DNA of 47,336 nucleotides from Catajapyx aquilonaris (lineage: Eukaryota), in the NCBI GenBank assembly GCA_000934665.2, contig JYFJ02003023.1, forward strand, positions 1-47,336, given 5' to 3'. The notes under the pieces are model-generated. The model saw only the letters and a list, made by a program, of their open reading frames with translations. It had not been told where the DNA came from and did no database searches. Made by a program: the position numbers and the translations under genes. Below are positions 38,002-47,336 of the stretch, piece after piece (the first letter of the stretch is position 1; every line of letters starts with the position of its first letter).

Positions 38002-40130
38002 TTAGTGTTCCTCTTCACTACTGCCTGTGATGTCTTCACCTTCATCCCAATCGCTTCCAGCCGGGCTGCCAGTGTGGCTGCCAGTCACACTGCTCTTTGG
38101 TGACTGGCCAGATGAAACAGTTGTACTAACCCAATCAGATTGTCCATGTGACTGGGTGGTAGTGGTCTCTTCGTACTGGCTGGAAGAAGGACTTGCACTC
38201 GATCTGCCAGATAAAACAGGTGTGCTGCTACCACCAGAGTGAGTAGACAAAGCTGCTGCATCGTCAGCAGATCGGGCAGAGGTTTGACCTGTACTTGTCT
38301 CTGAGCCTTGTTTACTGTAGGTGCTGGATCCATCATCGCTGCCTTCCTCGGGCAGATCGTTCTCCCCTTCTGGAGGAGCTGGGTACTTGACGGGCACTGG
38401 GAAGAAGACAGCTGCCACTGCCTGCTCCAGGACCTTATCTGCCGTTTTATTTGCGTTGATGTGGATAGATGCTGGGTAGTAATTCTCAAGTGTGTCCAGG
38501 TGTCCAACATAGTAGCGCAAGTGAGCCTCGTCCACCCCATCCTCCATGTCGTGAGGGTGTGTTCCCAACAGCTCCAGGCGTGCAGCTACTACTGGGTCGG
38601 CAGCAGCCATTGCCGTGTCTCGCTCTATGTCATGGTGAGATCCAGTCCAGATGTTTAGGCGGCGGTTTACTAGCCGATTCCTGCACTCTGACTGTGGGAT
38701 GTCCAAGATGAGCACTCTGAAGACAAGCAAATCCCAGTTATATCCCTGTGACAAACCCTTGGGCCCCCATTGATACAAGAATCGCCTCACTTGTTTGGGT
38801 TCTTTTTGAAGCTGTTCAACAGTTGTGCCTGCTGCAGCGTCTTTGGGTACTTGTACAGGACCCAGCCATGCTCCCGGCAGTCATCCTCCGACAGTCGCTG
38901 GTGGATAATGTTGGCCATCACATAGTCAGGTATGGGCCACTTGTTCTTCAGGTACACAGTGACGTCCACATCCTTGAAGCGCCCATGGGACGCCTGGTTC
39001 ACCAGATACCCAGCATTTACTGTCAATGCATATAATATTAGTAATGACACTGGCAACTGCAACAATGGTACGTACCTTCAATGAGGGAGTACTTTTGTGC
39101 AAGCCCTTTGGCAAGCGTGGACCTTCCTGAGCCCCTGGGCCCCAGCAGGATGACCCGAGGTATGACCGGACCACCAGTGGGCCAGGGCTGGGTGACGAAG
39201 GAGTAGACCCTGGCAAAGAGGTCTTCGTCGGAGACCCTGCTGAAGGTGCGGTGAATGTCCGGGTAACACTCCTTGACCCTGCAGATTGAGCTCTCGAACT
39301 GCTGCTGCTGCAGGTTCTTGGTGCTGTCCACCTGGAACAGCTTCCTGGACATCCCGGGGTCCTCCACAATATTCTGGAGGATGACCACATGAGTAGGAAT
39401 GATGTTTGCTTCCTGAAGTGCCAATGCTTGACCTTTCGTCCTGGGGAAGTCTGCAATGACAAAGATCACACACTGTCCTTTATTTTCTCTGAAAGTAAGA
39501 AAATACCTAAGATCATCCATCCTTTGTTGACGCAGTCTTCTGCTTTCAGACGTTCTGTGAAGGCCTCTAACAACATGCTCGGCGGCCAAGAATTGTCATC
39601 CGGACCAAGGGCCTGCAGTTACAATGTACTAATATGTTACTACATCCAGTAATTATGGGAATAATATTTCGCACCTCTAATTTCTTGCGAAGGTGGTCCT
39701 TATGAGCGCTCAAAAGGAAATTTAAAGGGACCACTGCGGCCCCGTTGTACTTTGCTAGCTTCACGGCCAGTTCCAGCGCCACTGTTTGGAGAAGCACAGA
39801 GATGATGAGTGTGCAATTAGTTGAGGGTAGTCACAACGCGGAATATTGACCTTTTTCGTTCCCCAGGATGAACAGACGAGGCAAGGGCTGACGTTTGACC
39901 AATTTAGGCAGTTTCTCCTTCAAGAACGTGACCGGATCACGAGGACGTGCAATACACAACTCCCTCAGCATCATCTGCAAAAGTTTGTCATATCAGATAC
40001 TTTGACAATGTATGGCTATAATGGGGCTAAAATTGTGGCCAACCTTAAAGAGTTCAAACAGACGGTGTTTTTCAGAGTAGTTCATCAACTCCGCGTCGAT
40101 CTTGATCGGCCTGAAGGTTTGGTCCACCAT
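38002..40130 (-). CDS. AK8: Adenylate kinase 8-like protein; complement join(40044-40130,39851-39974,39675-39781,39507-39612,39076-39450,38791-39019,38002-38716), about 580 aa
   Basis: Seven exons, 56-74 nt GT-AG introns, consistent phases (1743 nt). N-terminus MVDQTFRPIKIDAELMNYSEKHRLFELFKMMLRELCIARPRDPVTFL resembles the AK8 N-terminus. Two AK-like domains (ERLKAEDCVNKGWMILDFPRT; PRVILLGPRGSGRST...QRLSEDDCREHGWVLYKYPKT) and a Ser/Thr/acidic C-tail. Confidence 0.88.
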
Positions 40131-40174
40131 CTTTAGTCCCTGTAGGCCTGCTTCTGGAACAGTTTGCGCTAACT

Positions 40175-40188
40175 GTTTCTATGGTAAC
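40175..40188. promoter_or_regulatory. RFX X-box upstream of the AK8-like gene
   Basis: GTTTCT-AT-GGTAAC fits the palindromic X-box consensus, about 45 nt upstream of the ATG of a gene from a ciliary family. Confidence 0.75.
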
Positions 40189-41658
40189 GCCCCAGTGTTC
40201 GCAAAGGTTGCCAAAATGTGCGCCATTATTACCCGTTGACTACACTGCATGGCAGCCTTCCCACAGTCCAAAGAGTACCCACTTGATTACCACAAATTAC
40301 TAAAGGCTGTTTTGTATAAAGATCCCATCAGCCCATTCGAAACCAATGACGCGATTCTTCGGAAGAGCACCATGGATGGCCTCTCCAACCAAAGCCAGCA
40401 TTAGTAATTGGAGTGCCATCCCTCTTGTGTCCCCTCACTAGTCACAGCGGAAGAATCCTGCTCATCAATCCTCATTTGCATCCTAACTATACTCGATTGC
40501 ATTGGTAATTACAGGTATACAATTCAATAACAGTGTTTAGGTAATATCGTTTGTTCCAAAGCGAGCCTAGTTTGGAAATGGCGGACACCATTTCCCAATT
40601 TAACCCTCATAAAGGGGTTGGAATCAAGCTTCTCCAGACACAGAATCCACGAGTCTAAATTGGGCTAGGTGTCGGGTATATGCAAATGAGTCTGCATCAT
40701 AGAGCCAGGCACGTAGCCCTAGGCCCGGTTCCTTCTGATTGGCTGTGACCGTAAGAGGAATAATGCGGGCAAATGGCTCAATTTTGCCCCCATCTCCCTG
40801 TCGGCTCGGGGAGGGCCTTGATTGAAGCGATTTTCGGAGTGGTTGCCAGGGGCGGCTGTAATTTGCTTGTGGAAGCCCGTGCAAATGAGCTCCATTGCCT
40901 GCTAATCAGCCAGGATCCCCCCCTCCCCCCTTCCACCCCAGGCTTAAGCATGTCAAAGTGTGGAAAAATGTGGGAAAAACACCAACATCTTGGTTTCATC
41001 ATAGTGAGCAGTCACTTGCCACGCGACCTGCGAATTAGGGTCAAATTGTAGGTCCTGCTTGGAGTTTGAATGTGGTCCTAATTTGGGGCCGGTTTCTTCT
41101 AAAGTAACGAGCGTTTAGGAGGCGCTTTGTGGGGGTGGTTTGGGACACAAACCGTTGATTGGTGATGGAGCTTCCGGTTCTAATGGCCGGCGTTTCAATT
41201 GACTAACCCATTCAAAAGCAGGCATCCGGAAAGATGGATGGGTAAGGTTGAAATGAAAAAAAAAACAACTATAACCTATCTCAAAGGGTTTATGATCTGA
41301 CTGGGCGTGACTGTTGCTTATTAGCTAGTTTTTGAGATGAAATTAGGCTGAATGTGGTTTTTTGGATATTTATTGCACTGGTTTCACACTAGATACTGGG
41401 GGTGTTCAACTGGTAACAGAGTGCGTACATTCAATACATTTACTATCACATAATTTAAAATATAGCAAGTTCCCGTTTTAATTGTTAAACTAGAAAAATC
41501 ATCGCTTCCATTGCAGCTAAAAATCATATTTACTTACACCTGCGCCAACTGTTGAAATCTTGAAAATAATGTGGTGTTTAAAAAAATCGAAGCGAAACAC
41601 CCTATTGTTATGACTCTAGAAACGGATTCCACAACAGCCTGGACAACAAATGTGCTGT

Positions 41659-41899
41659 TTACAACTGGTAGCCTGGAAGGAAGGAGACATTTCTAAACAA
41701 TCCTGCGGTGAGGAGACAGTGACTAGTTCGGTTGAGATCGACAGTTGAGACCACTGGTAGGTATGGTTGGCAGCAAGGGGCGGAGGACACCCCGTCTGAT
41801 TGAGGACCAGATGAACCCATCAGGTGGTCCTTCTTGCTCAATGTGGCCTGTTGGCGGAGTTGCTCCAGTCGCAGCTGGTTCTGTCGCTTCCATTTGGTC
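41659..41899 (-). CDS. Bari: Bar-related homeobox gene, terminal exon
   Basis: After a 53-nt intron (41900-41952): TKWKRQNQLRLEQLRQQA...PGYQL*. AATAAA on the minus strand at 41369-41374. Confidence 0.88.
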
Positions 41900-41936
41900 C
41901 TGAGGAGAATGGTGTATTGCACGGGCTTACACACTA

Positions 41937-42275
<339 letters not shown>

Positions 42276-43269
42276 TTATTGCCCCTGCCCATTATGCGGC
42301 ATGGCGAACAAAAGAGGCTGAATAGTTGCATCCAAACCAGGATAAGCTCAAGTCCGATTGGTCATCATACCCAAGCAGATGTGTCCCATGCCTAATCCCA
42401 CCCCCTGGGACCGAATGAAAAGCATCCTCGGAGGTCTTTGTGACCTCCTCTCCAAATTGGGTCGTGATATTTGTGTCGCAACCGGCGTCAAAACGAGGGC
42501 ACTAGTAATTGCGAGTATGCAAAATGAGTCGAATGATGATGGCAATGTTCCCCTGCTTCCTTTTTCCTTATTTTCCTATCAGTTAGTTGAGGGAGTGCTA
42601 ATCCGATCTTGGTCTCCCTAGTCGTCCCACCTAATTGGCTCAGTTGGGGCAAACGAAGCGACTCATTTATTTTTCCAAAGAGCGTTATTGGCCTCCTCGT
42701 TTGCACGTCCGGGACACACAGCAGGACACTAATTCACCCCCAAAAATCCTACAATTGGCAACATCAAATCGCTTATTGATTCCTAAACCATGATTGGATT
42801 TGTTGGCTGGCTATATTCGGGTGTCTTACGTACGGTATTTCTCAGAACTCTAATGAGGGTATATTCAGTACCGTGCGTACTTAAAGTACGGCAATGAAGA
42901 GTCTTGATTGTGCAAATTGCGCTAATAATAATGGATGACACGGACCTTGCGGAGGGGTGGCTCAATCATAACCCATTTGATTGGCCCCTAATCACAGTGG
43001 ATTGCCCTAGAGTCTTTGTCATACTGCAGACACCTTGCCAGCACTTATGGCGTAGATGTGGAGGACTGTAAGGGTCATGGATTGATGGGGAGGGTGGAAA
43101 GTAGATTGGAGACACGTGTCCCTTCCATTATCCTAGGAGTCTTCAGTGGTATTGTACCGGGCCATTCAACGGTCACATCCGTCGGAAATGGGCTCATCCC
43201 GGGTCAACTTGGAACACTCATGGGCAACTACTATTTGTAGTATGTATACTACTTATTTATTAGTTGTAT

Positions 43270-43436
43270 TGCACTATCTACGAAACCCATTCTTCGCATG
43301 AGAAAAAAATCAAATTCTTCGCACGGCCCGTTTCCATGGTTTGCTTTTTGCTGCCGTCGCCACGAGCAAACCAACAAACTTTACCTTTTATATACAGATA
43401 GCAGGGTACCCGTTCTTCGCACGTTCTCAGTTCGCA
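43270..43436. mobile_element. Possible Helitron/Helentron-type non-autonomous fragments
   Basis: Three TTCTTCGCA copies and CAAACCAACAAACTTTACCTTTTATATACAGAT followed by AGCAGGGTACCCGTTCTTCGCACG; resembles termini of such elements from memory only. Confidence 0.35.
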
Positions 43437-43558
43437 CTAAATCAGGAAAATTGCACAATTTCCGTTAACGTCGGTTATTAAACGGCTGTTATTGACGGTT
43501 GCTGTTAACGGTTATAAGTTCAACAAATGAAGCACATGTAAGAATATTCAGAAATTGA

Positions 43559-43798
43559 ACCAAAGCAGGTTGGTGTGGTGGTTAAGGCGTCCGACTGCTA
43601 ATCGGGAGGTCCTGGGTTCGATTCCCGGAAGATCCTGACAGTGGTTTTCTATGGTTTTCCACTGTCCCCCCCAGGATAATTCCGAGATCGCTCCCGTATA
43701 ATAGGCCACAGCCGTTTCCTTCCTTCCCTATCCTTGGTATTCCACCTCCCTAATGGAGCGCCGATTCTCCCAATGGGGTTAAATAAATAAATAAATAA
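43559..43798 (+). mobile_element. Full-length tRNA-derived SINE (~240 bp) with 16-bp TSD
   Basis: tRNA-like head with A-box-like TGGTGTGGTGG, anticodon-like stem-loop TCCGA-CTGCTAA-TCGGG and B box GGTTCGATTCC. Unrelated body, (TAAA)n tail. Flanked by the direct repeat AATATTCAGAAATTGA at 43543-43558 and 43799-43814. Confidence 0.9.
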
Positions 43799-46367
43799 AA
43801 TATTCAGAAATTGATTGTCTTCACAAACGTGTTAACAATGCTGTACACTATTATATCGAAAATATCACCATTGTTATGAGATGTAAAAATGCAAATTACC
43901 TTCATCATGCGTGGTCTCATCCTCCGTACTCTTGGTCTTTTGATTAAGCACATCCCCCAGAAGATCTCGAATAAAGAAACTTTTGCACGGGACGTTCATC
44001 TGGCCACTCTTATACCCAATCAATGCGGTAAAACTAGATCCGTACGCTGACATTTAATAGAGAACGAAGCTATGAACTGTTGATGGAGCGTAGACCGCAA
44101 TAAGTCTTTCGTTTATCGGCGGGGAATGGGTTTGAGGGGCGGGGATTGGCTGCATCCCCACTGGGCCGCCATTGGCGCCGGCGCCTCCTGTAAATGCCCG
44201 AGAAATCATGGCTTTTGGGACACTTTCCGGGTGCACTTGCGGATCCCACCACCCTATTGGTGCATCGATCCCGGATTCACTCGCTTGTATCATTGGTCCA
44301 CGCTCAATTCACACTGCTAATCCGGATTCAGCCCGTATTTTTTATGCCATTGTCAATTATATGCATGTATGTCAACTAAATTGGACATACACCAAATTTT
44401 CACATCTGACTCACCTTGATAGAGTGCTGATGATTGACCGAATAAGGTGGAATACAATATTATTTGCAATCTTAAAGTCTAACCTGGTCTAACTGACCTT
44501 AGAGTGCTGATATATATGAACACATGTAATTTGGTGCAAATTCCTGTAGCAGTGATGAAACCAAAATTTTCAAAAAACCTGTTGTGGTGCATAAGTCCAT
44601 CAATTATAAATAAGTGAGATGATTGGCGAGGGCAGGGACGCATTTTTGAGAGACTCGTTAGTCCTGGATTCCCCTCCCATTATATACAGTCAGGAAAAGA
44701 GTTTAATGTGGCGTGCAAAAAGCCAGAGACCCGTTTTTTTTTGCAATGATACTTTTTTTTGTGACTTTGATTCAAGTTTGCACGCCATTTTGGCTGGGCT
44801 GAATAGGAACCGACGTGAAGCATTGCAATTAGATTTGAGCGCGCATTGATGTCTATTTCACGTTTCCTTGTTAGTGGGCTGCCATGCCTTCCGGACACTG
44901 CTATGAATTTCAAATTCCCTGTTTTCAACACTGTTTGCTTGTATATATATACTCCGTAGTTGGTTGGTTTGGGATGATGCGGGACTTTCCCCATTTTCAT
45001 CTTGACACGCCTTTTATGGACGGATGGATAGGATGGGACCAAAAAGTCCTCGGGGATGTACTTGAAAACCCTGATGCTTCCCTTAATTGGAAAAGAATTG
45101 CTTGGTTGAGTGGAACCGGAGTTGAATCGAAACGGAGGGATAGTTGCCTCTAGGGGTCTAAACAAAAATGGGGAAAATATTGGGGAATATTGGAGACGAA
45201 TTTTGGCCATGTTGGCTTGCTAGAGTGACATACACAATGTCACAAGTTGAGCAAAAATTAATTCAATCGAACAATGGAATCAGAAAATGACTAACGTACG
45301 CACTTGTTGTGCTAATCCGATACACAGGGTGTCACGAAACCAATATAAATGAAAAGTAAGGAAAACATATGCTGTTTTCCGATTCCATGGTTCAATTAAA
45401 TCCGGTACTGATCAGCCAAAAATGTGCGTATATATAGTTTGTGAGAGCGAATAGGCCTTATAAGTGACTTGGAACGGGGGCTTCCCATTTTTCTCCCTTT
45501 TGTATTGTTGGGAGGCCATTAACTGGAGTACGGAACAGAATGGTCCTTGTGAAATCCGGGGCTAACAAGCAAACGGGGGATGGGAACCGCGGGAAAAAAT
45601 TTTCAGCACTTGAACATGTGCCGACTGTCAAGAAATAGTTTTGTCCCCAGTAGGTACCGTATGGGCGACTGCTCCACCAAACTGACTCACACCTCCGGAA
45701 CTCTAATGGGGTAATCGGAACCGTGGAAGGGGAAGGAGAAATGAGGAGGAGCACGCCCCCTTTTCCCCCACACATTCCCTCTTTTCACTTTTTTTTCTCT
45801 CTCCTGAATTTAAGAAGAACTTGTTATCTCGCAAGTAATGATTTGCCAGCCGCTACTTCCAGGTTTGAAGCAAATTGTTGTAAAGCGCCGGATGAACGCT
45901 ATTTGAAACCCCAGTTGAAAGACTAAATTTAAATATGGCCACACTATGCATCGGCATTACAGCTCGATGAATGCTGCAGTGGTTAGCAGTACGAATTATG
46001 AAAGATGCAATATAAAAATATATTTTCATAACAAATAAACTAAATGAAACATATGGTCTCTAGCTGGATTTAGCGGAGACACAATGCCAGTGAAACGTAG
46101 CCAGTTCCATTCAGGGGTTTGTGTCATGTCAACTCCAAGTGTATCACAAGAATAATATTATTTAATTAATAAAGATTTCAATAGGACGATTGGACCAGCA
46201 GGTTACACAGAGTTTAAAATTTCAGTTTGTGAATTGACTCATTGAGAGTCTCTCCCTCGAGTCTGTCTACCAGGAGTGTGAGGTAGCAGCCAGGAGGCAT
46301 TCGTACATTGCTGAACTTAGCGGGTGTTGAATCTTAATACCGGTATTAATTTTTCAGATACTAGTTG

Positions 46368-47095
46368 ATAGAGCAAAGCCACGATGCAGTGATGCTATCA
46401 GCAGTCACCTTTTAATAATAAGAAAAAAAGAGAAAAAAAGTGTCCCGACAGGTTTCGAAAGAAATTTTTTTGGAAATTTTTACGACACCTGCTTAATGGG
46501 AGGGGGCGGTCACTTTTTTCGAAGAAAAAAGTCAAAAGAAAGGAGAATTCATCAAATTGATCAAGTGGCTTCGCTTGTTGTTGTCCATCCCGGCAACCCC
46601 CACCCTACGCACCCCATAGTGACTACATTTGTCTTATACCAGGGAGTTCCATTCTCAAACCTATCATCTCCCCAAATATTTAAGCCTAGAATTTAAACTA
46701 TAGGTCCAATAAATTCACCAGCACATGCAAATGATTCGGCACAATTTTTAGGTCATTTTCCATGGTTTGTTGCAGGCTGACCTTTGACCTGAAAGGCCCT
46801 AGTATTCGGTTTTTGGTCTGGGGCCAGGCCCTACCTCGGTCTCCATCTGTCGGACCTCTCGAAATGAGACTGTACAGAGCACAGTACACAGATATACAGT
46901 ATATCTCTCGATGTGAACAAGTATGCCCCTAGCCAAATGTAGGAGTCCCAGTTGGCTAGAATCAGTGTGGACATGGCGTATGCGAGTGGTTATGGTCACC
47001 TCCTTGGGATCATGAGGACGGTCGTTCTTTTTCTTATGATATAGATATTAAAAGGTGACTGCTGATAGCATCACTGCATCGTGGCTTTGCTCTAT
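46368..47095. mobile_element. Non-autonomous TIR DNA transposon (MITE), ~728 bp
   Basis: Perfect 50-bp inverted repeats at 46368-46417 and 47046-47095 (ATAGAGCAAAGCCACGATGCAGTGATGCTATCAGCAGTCACCTTTTAATA); TA near both outer ends could be a TSD; no transposase ORF inside. Confidence 0.85.
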
Positions 47096-47336
47096 GGACG
47101 AATAAAATAAAATAAATACCCACCCGCTACTACTGTGAGATGCGCAGATCGTCGACGCGGTTTTAGATAGTCTATTTTCATCGAATGTAAGAAATAAAAA
47201 TAATTTTTCTCTTTCTTCTTCCTCCCCCTGTACTCTTCTTCTTTGCCCTTCCGAGATTGACCCGACACGTGACCCGGAAGATGAAGAGGAATCGCCGCCA
47301 TCTTGGCCTGAACTGATGGCAACAAATACTTTGACT

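Noticed and set aside
43565..43640. Apparent tRNA-Ser(GCT) gene
   Set aside because: No paired acceptor stem and no long variable arm. It continues into a SINE body and tail and is bracketed by a TSD.

Overview
Eukaryotic (arthropod-like) genomic window with three spliced genes that I reconstructed by hand. (1) A complete + strand Notch gene (1827-36673): 14 coding exons, all GT-AG and phase-consistent, about 2415 aa. It has a signal peptide, 36 EGF repeats, 3 LNR, NOD/NODP, TM, RAM, ankyrin repeats and PEST, plus an Inr+DPE core promoter. (2) A convergent 7-exon adenylate kinase 8-like gene (38002-40130, -) with an RFX X-box and degenerate P-loops. (3) The 3' two exons of a Bar-related (Bari/CG11085-like) homeobox gene (41659-42253, -). 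Mobile and repeat elements include a full-length tRNA-derived SINE with a 16-bp target-site duplication, a MITE with 50-bp perfect TIRs, and a 40-bp-arm perfect hairpin near the left end. The most notable signals are the Notch/AK8/Bar-type homeobox linkage (recalling human 9q34), about 15 Su(H)/CSL sites across the Notch promoter and 5' introns, a ~300-nt fold-back and miR-1/miR-124 seed cluster in the Notch 3'UTR, and a probable pseudo-kinase AK8. Most short ORFs in the track are intronic noise or shadows of these exons. Motif counts are by eye.
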